From contig CAKOHI010000006.1 of assembly GCA_934085585.1 (NCBI GenBank), positions 520 to 64,519 of the forward strand: DNA of 64,000 nt. Reading direction: 5' to 3'. Made by a program: the position numbers and the translations under genes. Of the stretch, positions 54,494 to 64,000 are shown piece after piece. The notes beneath the pieces were generated by a model. That model made no database searches and was not told the DNA's origin. It worked only from the letters and a program-made list of their open reading frames with translations. Each line of letters starts with the position of its first letter. Positions within the stretch are counted from its first letter, which is position 1. The DNA comes from an uncultured Bacilli bacterium (GTDB taxonomy: Bacteria > Bacillota_I > Bacilli_A > RF39 > UBA660).

Positions 54494-56968
54494 TTACTCT
54501 ACAACTACATAATTATTTACTTTATCATTAAGAAAATCATAATTAATCCAAACAATAGCATTCTTTGTATTATTATCCCAAACATTCCAACTTAAATACA
54601 TCTTATCATCTATTATTATTGGTATCAAATAAGAATTAAAATTTTCATAATTTATTTCTTCTTTTATATTTTCTACATCACCATAATCAATATTAAATAA
54701 GTTTTTAAATTCATTATAATACTTTGATTTATCAACATTTACGTAATCAAGCATAGGTCTTATTAAAAATGTAAATTTTTTATCATTTAAATAATCTTCA
54801 CCATTATGTTTTTTATATAAATCTATTAAAATATCCATTAAATAACCCGTAGATTTATATGTAGCATCTAATGAAGTCGTATCATTTAAAGCATCAATTA
54901 CTTTTGAAACTATTTTCTCATCATTAAATTCTTCATATAAAGTTTTAATAAAATAATTATCATCTTTAAAATACCATTCATCCACATTTTTAGTTTTATA
55001 AATATATTCTAAAGTTTCCAAATAATATGTTCCAAAATTATAGGAAGTTACATTTTTAGTAAAATATTTTGAAGTAAAAGCTTCAGCTCCAGATTCAACA
55101 ATATAATTAGTGTAAGGCATATTTACATAATCACACCCATCTGGGATATTAGGTATTGCCTCATAAACATCAATTTTATTATTACATTTATATAATATTG
55201 TACTTACACTATTACTAATTGAATAATCAACAAAATGAACAAGTTCATGATAAATAACTCTATTTTCATCAGTTACAAAATCAATTCTAGTATTAAAATC
55301 TTGATATGTTCCATCCGCCTTGCCATTATGTAAAATATCTGCTTTATGAATATTTAAATATCCAAGTTTATGTAAAAAATAAAATTCATCAAGAAAATCT
55401 TTTTTATCTACAATAATTTCAAATAAATCATAAACTTCTTTTTTATAGTTAAGTAACATTTTATTATTTTCTATTATATAAGCATATTTTTTAAATAATT
55501 TTTCATTTTTATTTATCTTAAATTCAATATCTTTTAAATTATATTTACTTATTATTTCATCTATATCAATATTAAAATCAAAATTAAAATCTAATCTCTT
55601 TTTATTATTACCAAGTTTTACTATATAAGTCTTATATAATGATTCTAATATTATTTCATCTTTATTAAAATTTATATTTACAAAAGCATCATCTACTAAT
55701 TTTTTACCATCTTTATATAAATAATGTTCATTAACATTTTTAGATATATCACAATAATTATTATCACAATAAATATTATACAAATTATCTTCTATAATCT
55801 TTAAATCTTTATCTAGAAATGAAGAATTATAATTTACATAATCATAACCACTATAAACATTATCAGCTATATAACTTATACTTATATCTTCTGAAATATC
55901 TATTTGTTTTAAATTTTTATTATAATATTCATAAGTTGATCCATCTCCGAGCAAATCAAGTGATGCCGCTACTTTAATATAATCTCCTTCTAAAGTAATT
56001 TCTCCACCAACAATTTCTTTATCTTTATAAAATAATATATAATTTTCTTCATCAATACCTAATATTGCATCATCAAATAACATTTTATAAGCATACATAC
56101 ATTTATCAACAACTATATTATTTTTATTATCTTTTAATTTATATCCTTTATCACATGTATCCTTACTCATTATATATCGATTATTTATTTTAGTATTATC
56201 TTTATAAATAATATCATCTTCAATATATAAAACATTATCTTTATACATAAATGTATTATAATCCATATAACTTTCATTTTCATAAGTTATATCTTCATAT
56301 AAAATTTGTTTACGTTTTGCATCAAACAAATAGCCTTTATTATCTTTAGTAAATCTAAAATAATTTACGTTACCATTATTACTATAAGAAGCAGAGTTTT
56401 CAAAATTATCCCACAATACCTTTTTTTCTTTTAAATCAACTATTACACTCTTACTATCTTTTTGATAAGAATTAATAAATAATAAGTCATTTCCAAACTC
56501 TGCGGTATATTCAAATTCTCCTGTAAAATCTAAAAGATAAACTTTATTCATATCATTATCATACACACAATTATCAACTAAAATATATTTATTATCATAA
56601 GAACTTTTAACATGTGTTCCAATTGCTAATTCATTTCCATTTTTATCAATTATTCTTTTTATATTTTTATTAGTTACAAGTATATATTTTTCATTAATAA
56701 TTTCATAATAAGAATACGAATCTGGATATTCACTAATTATATTATTATTAAAATCATATATTACTAACTTTTCCCCTTCATCTTTAACATAAAAATTCTC
56801 TCCAACTTTTACATTAATGTTATTTAAAGTAATAATACGCTCTATTCCAAGGCCTTTATCTTCATTTGTATTTACATTCTTATTAAATATAATATAAACT
56901 ATTACACTAATACATATCACAAATAACACTAAAATACTAATTACTAATCTTTTTTTATTCTTTTTCAT
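54494..56968 (-). CDS. Large membrane-anchored protein with HExxH metalloprotease-like motif
   Basis: 824 aa. N-terminal TM (LVISILVLFVICISVIVYIIF), ~500 aa of repetitive Asn/Tyr/Lys-rich beta-type sequence, then VIYHELVHFVDY followed ~55 aa later by IVESGAEAF (a possible third ligand). Confidence 0.55.
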   Translation of the reverse strand: MKKNKKRLVISILVLFVICISVIVYIIFNKNVNTNEDKGLGIERIITLNNINVKVGENFYVKDEGEKLVIYDFNNNIISEYPDSYSYYEIINEKYILVTNKNIKRIIDKNGNELAIGTHVKSSYDNKYILVDNCVYDNDMNKVYLLDFTGEFEYTAEFGNDLLFINSYQKDSKSVIVDLKEKKVLWDNFENSASYSNNGNVNYFRFTKDNKGYLFDAKRKQILYEDITYENESYMDYNTFMYKDNVLYIEDDIIYKDNTKINNRYIMSKDTCDKGYKLKDNKNNIVVDKCMYAYKMLFDDAILGIDEENYILFYKDKEIVGGEITLEGDYIKVAASLDLLGDGSTYEYYNKNLKQIDISEDISISYIADNVYSGYDYVNYNSSFLDKDLKIIEDNLYNIYCDNNYCDISKNVNEHYLYKDGKKLVDDAFVNINFNKDEIILESLYKTYIVKLGNNKKRLDFNFDFNIDIDEIISKYNLKDIEFKINKNEKLFKKYAYIIENNKMLLNYKKEVYDLFEIIVDKKDFLDEFYFLHKLGYLNIHKADILHNGKADGTYQDFNTRIDFVTDENRVIYHELVHFVDYSISNSVSTILYKCNNKIDVYEAIPNIPDGCDYVNMPYTNYIVESGAEAFTSKYFTKNVTSYNFGTYYLETLEYIYKTKNVDEWYFKDDNYFIKTLYEEFNDEKIVSKVIDALNDTTSLDATYKSTGYLMDILIDLYKKHNGEDYLNDKKFTFLIRPMLDYVNVDKSKYYNEFKNLFNIDYGDVENIKEEINYENFNSYLIPIIIDDKMYLSWNVWDNNTKNAIVWINYDFLNDKVNNYVVVE

Positions 56969-57053
56969 ATTATCAAGATCTCCATATAATTAATTTTAAT
57001 AAATCATAAATAATCAACATTATTATTACCATATTTTTTTAGCTCATTCATAA

Positions 57054-57896
57054 CTACATTTCTTTTTTATAAACTAAAAAATCAATCTTCTTTACTCCGA
57101 CTTTTCCACACAATATTTTTTCTTTAACTGCCTCTTCCCAAATTATTAAATCACTTAAACAAACTTCATCAGAAACTAAAATTTCCAATATTACTTTATA
57201 AAAGTTCTTTATATTAACTAAAGTTACATTAGAATAAAATATTTCATCATGCTCCTTAATTGCATTTTCCACACAACTAATAACTTTTTTACTTCTATCA
57301 TTTTGTCCCTTTAACATTATTACATTATCAATGATTATATTAATCCCTTTAAAAAATATCAAAACAGCACCATATAAACTTCCCAACAAATCAAAAACTG
57401 GAATAAAACTACCCAGAACAACAAAGAAAAATAATGAAATTGCAATTATAGCATCATAATAAGTACTATGAGTCATATCCATTAATATTTCACTTTGTAC
57501 ACTTTTGGCATATCTAAATAAAGTATTAGCCCAAACTAATAATGAACAAGAAAAAACAATCAAACATAATAAAATTTTCAAATCAATAAATGTATACTTT
57601 AAAAAGAAAGCTTTGACAAAAATAAATACACCTAAAAAGCACAAAAGTAAACCATAAAAAATCATTGAAAACATCGGAGCATTTCCATATCCAAATGGTG
57701 CTTTTCTACTTGCTCTTCTTCCTCTAACAACAGATGCCCCAAATCCTAAAAAGTCATTACTCATATTGCACAATGAATAATACCCACTTACAACTAGTGA
57801 ATATGAATTAAAAACAAGTCCACTATAAATTTTTGCTAATACCACCAAAGAATTAATCAAAATATTTACAACTGTAATTCTTCTTTCTATTCTCAT
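57054..57896 (-). CDS. Cation-diffusion-facilitator-like membrane protein with degenerate metal site
   Basis: 280 aa, 6 TM plus a cytoplasmic tail. CDF-like loop RKAPFGYGNAPMFS (compare HPFGHGR.E). The TM2 region reads SLVVSGYYSLCN instead of the usual D/H-x3-D. Confidence 0.5.
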   Translation of the reverse strand: MRIERRITVVNILINSLVVLAKIYSGLVFNSYSLVVSGYYSLCNMSNDFLGFGASVVRGRRASRKAPFGYGNAPMFSMIFYGLLLCFLGVFIFVKAFFLKYTFIDLKILLCLIVFSCSLLVWANTLFRYAKSVQSEILMDMTHSTYYDAIIAISLFFFVVLGSFIPVFDLLGSLYGAVLIFFKGINIIIDNVIMLKGQNDRSKKVISCVENAIKEHDEIFYSNVTLVNIKNFYKVILEILVSDEVCLSDLIIWEEAVKEKILCGKVGVKKIDFLVYKKEM

Positions 57897-57904
57897 AAAT
57901 ACCC

Positions 57905-58459
57905 CTAATCAAATATAATATAATCTTCTTTTCTAGGACTTGGCGGAGGTAAAATCATATCTCTATATCCTAAAACTACATTACCAATGCCAACATAATT
58001 ATCACTTAATCCCCATTTATTCATTAATTTTTTTCCAAATTCAGTTTGAAAAGTTTCATAAGCTCTATGTACCCAACAACTATCAACATTTAAACTAAAA
58101 GCAGCATTTATTATATTTGATATAACAGCACTACCATCCTCTTTATATGTACTTACATTTTTATTTGCAAAAACAATAATTAATGTCGGAGCATGATAAA
58201 ATGGATTTAGTCCTGGTTTATTTACAAAACTTCCATTAACTTTAGCAATTTCTTCAATTAACTCTTTATTTTGAACAACAACGATTTTAGCACTTTGCAT
58301 ATTTTTACCAGAAGGTGCATAAGTACCACACTTTAATATTTCATTTAATATATCTTTAGGAATCTGTTCATCTTTAAATTTTCTAATACTTCTTCGTTCA
58401 CACAAAATTTTTGTTACTTCATTCACCAAAATCATCTCCATACAATATAATAATAACAT
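57905..58459 (-). CDS. Nitroreductase family protein
   Basis: ERRSIRKFKDEQIPKDILNEILKCGTYAPSGKNMQS is the family N-terminal signature. The real start is probably downstream of the ORF-track start. Confidence 0.85.
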   Translation of the reverse strand: MLLLYCMEMILVNEVTKILCERRSIRKFKDEQIPKDILNEILKCGTYAPSGKNMQSAKIVVVQNKELIEEIAKVNGSFVNKPGLNPFYHAPTLIIVFANKNVSTYKEDGSAVISNIINAAFSLNVDSCWVHRAYETFQTEFGKKLMNKWGLSDNYVGIGNVVLGYRDMILPPPSPRKEDYIIFD

Positions 58460-58478
58460 ATTTTTTGCATTTAGGGTA

Positions 58479-58507
58479 TTGCTTTTATAAAAAAAATTTG
58501 ATAAGAT
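58479..58507 (+). promoter_or_regulatory. Promoter of tRNA-His
   Basis: TTGCTT (58479-58484), 17-nt spacer, TGaTAAGAT extended -10 (-10 at 58502-58507). Confidence 0.55.
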
Positions 58508-58524
58508 AAGTTATGCAAAGACAT

Positions 58525-58601
58525 GGTGCAATTGGTGAAGTGGTTAACACGCCGGATTGTGGCTCCGGTATGCAAGGGTTCGATTCCCTTATTGTGCCCC
58601 A
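58525..58601 (+). tRNA. tRNA-His (GUG)
   Basis: Encoded G-1 opposite C73. Acceptor stem has two G-U pairs. Anticodon arm ccgga-uuGUGgc-tccgg, GGTTCGATTCC T-arm, CCA encoded. Confidence 0.9.
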
Positions 58602-58611
58602 TTAAGAATTT

Positions 58612-58640
58612 AAAAAGCAGGTATTTCTACTTGCTTTTTT
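58612..58640. terminator. Terminator after tRNA-His (shared with the convergent ASCH gene)
   Basis: 10-bp stem aaagcaggta/tacttgcttt (one G-U), loop tttc, T6. Confidence 0.75.
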
Positions 58641-59013
58641 CATATTCAAAATTCCATATTCCAAGTTTACCTTTAGCTTTAATTGGTTGAATAGTTTGAA
58701 CATCTTCTAAAATCCAAGCATAACGCCCAACTTCATATACTCCACATTTATATTCCATTTCATTATTTTTTTTAACACTTTCAATAAATTCATTAGTCAT
58801 ATAAACACAATCTACTAATCTACATTTACAAATAATTTCACCGTACATTGGATTAATCAACGTACTTAATGGATCATTTTTATAATCTTTACTCAAGCTA
58901 GCATGAATAAATAACTCACCTCGATAATTTGTTTTAAAACTTCTTGTTTCATAACATTTATACCCATCTTTAATTAAACTAGCATATGGTTCTTTTATAC
59001 TTAATACTTTCAT
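58627..59013 (-). CDS. ASCH (PUA-like) domain protein
   Basis: 128 aa. MKVLSIKEPYASLIKDGYKCYETRSFKTNYRGELFIHAS matches the ASCH N-terminal beta-barrel pattern. Confidence 0.7.
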   Translation of the reverse strand: MKVLSIKEPYASLIKDGYKCYETRSFKTNYRGELFIHASLSKDYKNDPLSTLINPMYGEIICKCRLVDCVYMTNEFIESVKKNNEMEYKCGVYEVGRYAWILEDVQTIQPIKAKGKLGIWNFEYEKSK

Positions 59014-59088
59014 TTTATCACCTAAAGTTAATATAACATAGATTGTATATAATAGACAAATAAAACCAAAATAATAATGGTGAAATCT

Positions 59089-60447
59089 ATGAACAAATTA
59101 ACTAATTATAATAACAAAAGAAATTTTAAAATAACAAGTGAACCTATTGGTAAAATATCTAAAAAAAATAAAAAACTTACATTTTGTGTTCAACATCACC
59201 TTGCTAGAAAAGATCACTACGATTTTAGATTAGAGCATGAAGGTACTATGTCTTCATGGGCAGTACCAAAAGGACCTTCATATAATCCTAAAGACAAAAG
59301 ACTAGCAGTTAAAGTTGAAGACCATCCCCTTTCATATAAAACTTTCGAAGGCACAATTCCTAAAGGTGAATATGGAGCTGGAACTGTAATGCTTTTTGAT
59401 CTTGGGTTTTATGAGATAATTAAATACGAAAAAAATATAATAAAAGTAATTTTACATGGTAAAAGATTAAAAGGAATCTGGACCCTTGCTCATTTTAAAG
59501 AAAATAATTGGCTTTTAATAAAAGATAATGACTTTTATACTAATTATATTAATATAAAAAAATACAAAAGAAGTATCAAGACAAATAGAACTATGGAAGA
59601 AATAAAAAATAATGAAAAGAAAATAGATATAACCATTACTAATCCACAAAAGAAAATAATCGGAAACATTACTAAAAAAGAAATAACCAATTACTATCAA
59701 AAAATTGCGCCATTCATGATGCCTTATCTAGAAAATAGATTAATCAGTGTAATCAGAGCACCATCAGGAATAAACAATAATAAATTTTTTAAAAAGCATT
59801 TGGAAAATCAAGATGGATATTTAGAAAAATTAAATGTTCAATCTAAAAATGGCAAAGAAAAAGACTATTATTATATGCTAGATGAAATAAGTTTATTAAG
59901 TGAAGTTCAAATGAACAGTTATGAATTTCATATCTGGGGAAGCAATGCTTCAAAAGTAAATACTCCCAACATAATGGTTTTTGACTTCGATCCAGATGAA
60001 AATCTTCCAATAAGCAAATTAAGAAAAGGTTGTAAAATACTAAAAGAAACATTAGATAATATAAATTTAACATCATTTATAAAGACCAGTGGAAATAAAG
60101 GTTATCATATTCTAATCCCATTTCAATCAAAACTTACATGGCATAAATTCTATCAAATATCTAATAATATAGCAGTTTTTTTAGAAAATACTTATCCCGA
60201 TTTATTTACAACAAATATTAGAAAAGAAAATAGAAAAGGAAAAATATTTATTGATTATTTAAGGAATCAAAAAAAAGCAACATCAGTTGCACCATATTCA
60301 ATTCGTCTAAAAGATAATGCTCCTATTTCCATGCCCATATCATGGAACGAACTTGATAAAATAAAACCAAATGACATCACTATAAAAAACATATTTAAAA
60401 TGAAAAAGAAAAAAAATCCTTGGAAAGACTTTTTTACATCAAATTAA
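59089..60447 (+). CDS. ligD: LigD-type NHEJ protein: 3'-phosphoesterase domain fused to primase-polymerase domain, no ligase domain
   Basis: PE domain: [33 protein letters not shown]...[20 protein letters not shown]. Pol domain: ITNPQKKI...YEFHIWGS...MVFDFDPDE...[14 protein letters not shown]. The ATG at 59089 has a GGTGA RBS. Confidence 0.8.
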   Translation: MNKLTNYNNKRNFKITSEPIGKISKKNKKLTFCVQHHLARKDHYDFRLEHEGTMSSWAVPKGPSYNPKDKRLAVKVEDHPLSYKTFEGTIPKGEYGAGTVMLFDLGFYEIIKYEKNIIKVILHGKRLKGIWTLAHFKENNWLLIKDNDFYTNYINIKKYKRSIKTNRTMEEIKNNEKKIDITITNPQKKIIGNITKKEITNYYQKIAPFMMPYLENRLISVIRAPSGINNNKFFKKHLENQDGYLEKLNVQSKNGKEKDYYYMLDEISLLSEVQMNSYEFHIWGSNASKVNTPNIMVFDFDPDENLPISKLRKGCKILKETLDNINLTSFIKTSGNKGYHILIPFQSKLTWHKFYQISNNIAVFLENTYPDLFTTNIRKENRKGKIFIDYLRNQKKATSVAPYSIRLKDNAPISMPISWNELDKIKPNDITIKNIFKMKKKKNPWKDFFTSN

Positions 60448-61364
60448 TCTAAAGTATTAATATCTATCCCCTCTGCTTCAAATAATTCTTTAAATTTTTC
60501 TTTAAAATTAACAATTTCTTTTACCTTTACATCATTATAAATATTTTTAGAATTTTTAATAGCTTTATAAAAATCCACGATTGACACTATTTTTCTATTA
60601 TCATATAAAGCAAATGTCAAAGCATTAGCAACAATTGTCAAACAAATATCGGGATATCTACTAGAAATTTCATAGACTCTTTTATATTCATCAGTCATTT
60701 CCACAATAAAAGCCATAATTTTTTCAATAACAAATGGTTGATAATTTACTTTAACACCAACTTGACGTTCTAATTTAGGCAAAGAACCCATTAATATTTT
60801 AACAACCGTAGGTTTATCCGCTTCTAAAACATCAATTTTTTGAAATCTACGTAAAAAAGCTCTATCTCTCAAAATATATTGTTCATATTCTTCAGTAGTT
60901 GTTGCCCCGATCATTTTAATTTGTCCACGGTCAAGTCCAGCTTTTAACATATTAGCAAAATCCATACCTCCAGCTTTATTAACAAGCAAATGAGTTTCAT
61001 CAATAAATATAATTGTATTAAGTCTTTCAGATAATTCCCTTACTAATAAGTCTAGTCTATTTTCAATTTGACCATCGCTCATAGTTTCTCCTATCAAACT
61101 AGTAATATTCACCTTTATTAAACTATAATTTTTTAAAGCATCTGGAACTAATCCTTTTTGTATTCTATATGCTAATCCTTCAACAATAGCAGTTTTCCCA
61201 ATACCAGGTTTACCAACAAGTAATGCACTTTTTTCTGGAGTTAAAAGAGTTAAAATAACTTGTTTTATTTCTTCATCTCTAGCAATTGCGGGATCAGTTA
61301 TATATTCTTTCGTAGTTAAATCAACACCATATCTTTCTAACATACTTATTTTTTCATTATTCAT
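60444..61364 (-). CDS. Stand-alone AAA+ ATPase resembling a Clp/Hsp100 D1 module
   Basis: 306 aa from the ATG at 61364 (AGGTGA RBS). [25 protein letters not shown]..., Walker [19 protein letters not shown], Walker [17 protein letters not shown]. No N-domain, D2 or ClpP loop. Confidence 0.7.
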   Translation of the reverse strand: MNNEKISMLERYGVDLTTKEYITDPAIARDEEIKQVILTLLTPEKSALLVGKPGIGKTAIVEGLAYRIQKGLVPDALKNYSLIKVNITSLIGETMSDGQIENRLDLLVRELSERLNTIIFIDETHLLVNKAGGMDFANMLKAGLDRGQIKMIGATTTEEYEQYILRDRAFLRRFQKIDVLEADKPTVVKILMGSLPKLERQVGVKVNYQPFVIEKIMAFIVEMTDEYKRVYEISSRYPDICLTIVANALTFALYDNRKIVSIVDFYKAIKNSKNIYNDVKVKEIVNFKEKFKELFEAEGIDINTLD

Positions 61365-61428
61365 ACAATCACCTAATAAAATTATTATATCATTAATGAA
61401 CAATTTTTTAAAGAAAATTGTATTAATT

Positions 61429-61947
61429 TTAAAAGAACATCGCTGTTAATATAAAAGCAACAACAATACCAATTAAATCAGCAATTAATCCAACAACCAA
61501 AGAATACCTTATTTTTTTTACCCCAATAGAACCAAAATATAAAGCTAAAACATAAATCGTAGTATCTGTACAACCTTGTAAAACACTAGCGAGTCTTCCA
61601 GCATAAGAATCTGGCCCATAATTAATAAATATATCATTCATAATTGCTAAAGTTGCAGTTCCAGAAATAGGTCTTAAAATAGCCATAGGTAAAATATCTA
61701 AAGGAATATTAAACTTCATTAAGAAGCCTTCAAAAACACTCAATACTTCATAAACAAAATTACTATCAAGAAATATATTAATGGCAAAAACCATTGCAAT
61801 AACATTTGGAAAAATATTAACAGATATCTGTAAACCCTCTTTAGCACCTTCTAAAAATGACTCATAAATACTTACCTTCTTTATAAAACCATAAAAAACA
61901 ACAAAAAAAACAAAAAGAGGAATTACTACTTTAGATAAAGTATTCAA
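61429..61947 (-). CDS. spmB: Spore maturation protein B
   Basis: 172 aa nucleoside-recognition (Gate)-type membrane protein. Third gene of a dacB-spmA-spmB arrangement, as in Bacillus subtilis. Confidence 0.8.
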   Translation of the reverse strand: MNTLSKVVIPLFVFFVVFYGFIKKVSIYESFLEGAKEGLQISVNIFPNVIAMVFAINIFLDSNFVYEVLSVFEGFLMKFNIPLDILPMAILRPISGTATLAIMNDIFINYGPDSYAGRLASVLQGCTDTTIYVLALYFGSIGVKKIRYSLVVGLIADLIGIVVAFILTAMFF

Positions 61948-62525
61948 TTTTTACCTCGCTTTCTAATAAAATAATCTATTGTAACAGCACCTATACAAGA
62001 ACAAATCGTAGCAATTGCCCCAGGAATAATTATTTCCGAAGGATTAACAGATCCATGCGATATTCTTAAAGCCAAAACTGTCGTAGGAACAATAGTAACT
62101 CCCGCGGTATTTAAAACTAAAAAAGTAATCATAGGTACACTTGCAGTATCTTTTTTATTATTAATTTTTTGAAGTTCACTCATAGCTTTTAATCCAAAAG
62201 GTGTTGCAGCACTTCCAAGCCCCATCATATTGGCAGCTATATTCGAAGCAATAAATCCCAGTGCAGGATTATCTTTTGGAACACTCGGAAAAAGTCTTGA
62301 TAAAATAGGTTCTAAAAATTTAGCAAATTTGGTTAGCAAACCAGCATCTTCAGCTATTTTCATAATCCCACTCCATAAAACAATAACGGGAAAAATTGAT
62401 AACATAAGCTCCAATGCTTCTGCTCCATTAGTTAAAATACTTTCATTTATATTAGAAATATTACCTGTTAAAAAAGAATATGTTACTCCGATAATTATTA
62501 GAAAAAACCAAATATAACTTACCAT
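61944..62525 (-). CDS. spmA: Spore maturation protein A
   Basis: The start MVSYIWFFLIIIGVTYSFLTGN parallels my memory of the SpmA N-terminus. Gate-domain membrane protein with short overlaps to both neighbours. Confidence 0.8.
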   Translation of the reverse strand: MVSYIWFFLIIIGVTYSFLTGNISNINESILTNGAEALELMLSIFPVIVLWSGIMKIAEDAGLLTKFAKFLEPILSRLFPSVPKDNPALGFIASNIAANMMGLGSAATPFGLKAMSELQKINNKKDTASVPMITFLVLNTAGVTIVPTTVLALRISHGSVNPSEIIIPGAIATICSCIGAVTIDYFIRKRGKN

Positions 62526-63595
62526 TTCAACCACCCAATTAACCTTTCCCACCAACTTTTCTTCTCTTCTTTTATAACCGTTTTAACATAAATTTTTTCT
62601 TTTCTAACCACACTTCCATTTAAACTGACTTTAACATACCCAACAATATCACCAGAAGAATATTTTTTATTATCATATAACTCATAACTTATATCTATTT
62701 TCTTTTTATCTTTATTTTTTACACTAACATAAATATCTTCATCTAAATAAAGAATATCATTTTTATAAATATTTTCATCTTTAATTTTAATATTATCTTT
62801 ACCTAATACTTTAACGGCTTTATAATTTCTAAATATTTCTTCATACATATTTTTATGATCTAAAAAATCATTTCCATCATTTAAAGTAACTACTACAACA
62901 TTAATATTATTTCTTGAACCAGTTGTAACCAATGTTCTTCTTGCTTTTTCTGTAAATCCAGTTTTACCACCTGTAATATAATCTTCACTATGAAGTAATT
63001 TATTTTTATTTGTCCAATTATATGTTTTATCACTTGATTTAGCAACATATTTTTTAGTACCAAATATTTCTCTAAAAGTTTTATTATTCATTGCATATTT
63101 AGTAAGTATTGCCATATCATAAGCCGTAGAATAATTAGCACTACCATCATTTTCTTCTAACCCATGAGCATTTACAAAATTACTATTTTTCATTCCAATA
63201 TTACTAGCAAGTTCATTCATAAGATGAGCAAACCCTTCCATAGAACCTGCCACATTTTTAGCTAAAACAACCGCCGCATCATTACCACTTCGCATGATAA
63301 GGCCATAAAGTAAATCTTTAATTGTTATTTTTTCTCCAACATTAATATATATAGCACTACCATAAGCTTTTAAAACTTCTTCTTCAACAGTAATTTCTCT
63401 ATTTATATCAGTATTTTCAATTACTACTATCGCTGTCATTATTTTAGTAATACTTGCAATTAGTCTTCTATCATCTTTATTTGCATCAAAATAAACATAA
63501 TCATTATCTAAATCCACAGCAACCATACTAGATGCACTAAACGCAATAACTTTAAAAGGTACTAAAAGCATAATAAATAGTAATATTTTCTTCAT
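62519..63595 (-). CDS. dacB: D-alanyl-D-alanine carboxypeptidase (sporulation PBP5*-type)
   Basis: Signal peptide, SxxK as ASITKIM, SGN as RSGND, KTG as GKTGFT. Followed by spmAB. Confidence 0.85.
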   Translation of the reverse strand: MKKILLFIMLLVPFKVIAFSASSMVAVDLDNDYVYFDANKDDRRLIASITKIMTAIVVIENTDINREITVEEEVLKAYGSAIYINVGEKITIKDLLYGLIMRSGNDAAVVLAKNVAGSMEGFAHLMNELASNIGMKNSNFVNAHGLEENDGSANYSTAYDMAILTKYAMNNKTFREIFGTKKYVAKSSDKTYNWTNKNKLLHSEDYITGGKTGFTEKARRTLVTTGSRNNINVVVVTLNDGNDFLDHKNMYEEIFRNYKAVKVLGKDNIKIKDENIYKNDILYLDEDIYVSVKNKDKKKIDISYELYDNKKYSSGDIVGYVKVSLNGSVVRKEKIYVKTVIKEEKKSWWERLIGWLKW

Positions 63596-63717
63596 AATAT
63601 CCCTCTATAAAGAATATGTAAATATTATTATTAGTATGTTACATTTAAATAGTATAAATTTTAATTTACATTGAAAATAATTCATGTTAAAATAAATTTA
63701 ACAAAGTTGGGTGGTTT

Positions 63718-64000
63718 TATGTTACTGTATTTTAATCCTTATTTAAAAAAATTAGAAAGTGATATCTTAAATAGTGAATATATAGAAATCATAGATCCCG
63801 TACTAACAAAAGAATTTAAAAAAGCTATCAAAACTTTTTCACAAGAATATTGGCAAGAAGTAGAATCAACTTTTATAAATAACATTAAATATGTGTATAC
63901 AATTGATGAACAAATGATATTTACTATAATAGCTTCCAAAATGGGACTTGAATTTTTAAACAAAGATCCCGAATATTGTAGTGAAATAATAAGCATTCTT
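63718..64000 (+). CDS. Hypothetical protein, 5' partial (runs off the window)
   Basis: The ATG at 63718 follows GGGTGG. 94 codons are open to the window edge in this AT-rich DNA (MLLYFNPYLKKLESDIL...). The listed minus-strand ORF 63739-63996 is its antisense shadow. Confidence 0.5.

Noticed and set aside
62230-62517. Long antisense or alternative-frame ORFs inside real genes (62230-62517, 38049-38297, 47540-47788, 2841-3044, 3429-3659, 15148-15372, 14258-14491, 12208-12390, 30917-31108 and others)
   Set aside because: Each lies fully within a well-supported gene on the other strand or in another frame. They have low-complexity composition and no RBS. They are shadow ORFs.
63739-63996. 85-aa minus-strand ORF at the window edge
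   Set aside because: The opposite strand has an RBS-preceded ATG (63718) and stays open to the edge with a more protein-like composition. The minus ORF has no RBS and reads as a hydrophobic, low-complexity shadow.
1-64000. Alternative genetic code (TGA as Trp, as in Mollicutes) given the extreme AT content
   Set aside because: Housekeeping genes reach full expected length under the standard code, and at least the GT4 gene (47052-47054) and ORF 32246-32620 end at TGA in sensible positions.

Overview
Very AT-rich chromosomal window (GC judged by eye, not computed) from a spore-forming Bacillota genome. Lineage markers are ezrA, spoVS, cotF-like genes, dacB-spmA-spmB and Spo0A boxes. I support about 60 protein genes, roughly three quarters of them on the minus strand. 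There are 9 tRNA genes: a Val-Thr-Tyr-Gln-Lys cluster, an Arg-Pro cluster, a solitary Thr(GGU) and a solitary His(GUG). Regulatory RNAs and sites that are readable directly: a glmS ribozyme, a Ser (UCU) T-box, a PerR/Fur-type palindrome, a CsoR-type G/C-tract operator, and a perfect CIRCE element. Housekeeping content: thiI-iscS-ezrA, glmS, miaB, serS, rbr-perR, a suf operon, sodA, uvrB, CBS-pyrophosphatase, tex and hsp20. I saw no rRNA, CRISPR array, intact IS element or prophage. Observations most worth follow-up: (1) a sanA-DUF368-PAP2-dgkA operon that gathers the undecaprenyl-phosphate recycling functions; (2) a CsoR-family repressor with a Cys-rich N-terminal extension as first gene of a sufS-less suf operon with a half-size SufD; (3) an orphan ~95-nt sRNA candidate with a consensus promoter and a strong terminator; (4) two copies of an ~85-nt element that carries a perfect Spo0A box fused to a promoter; (5) a decayed accessory patch next to tRNA-Thr(GGU), containing an 18-nt tRNA-end direct repeat, a NUDIX gene with an in-frame TAA, genes split at (TA)5 and A7 tracts, convergent HD paralogs, and a RelE/Gp49-like domain fused to a long unknown protein. 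All calls rest on reading the sequence and the supplied translations. No database search was run.
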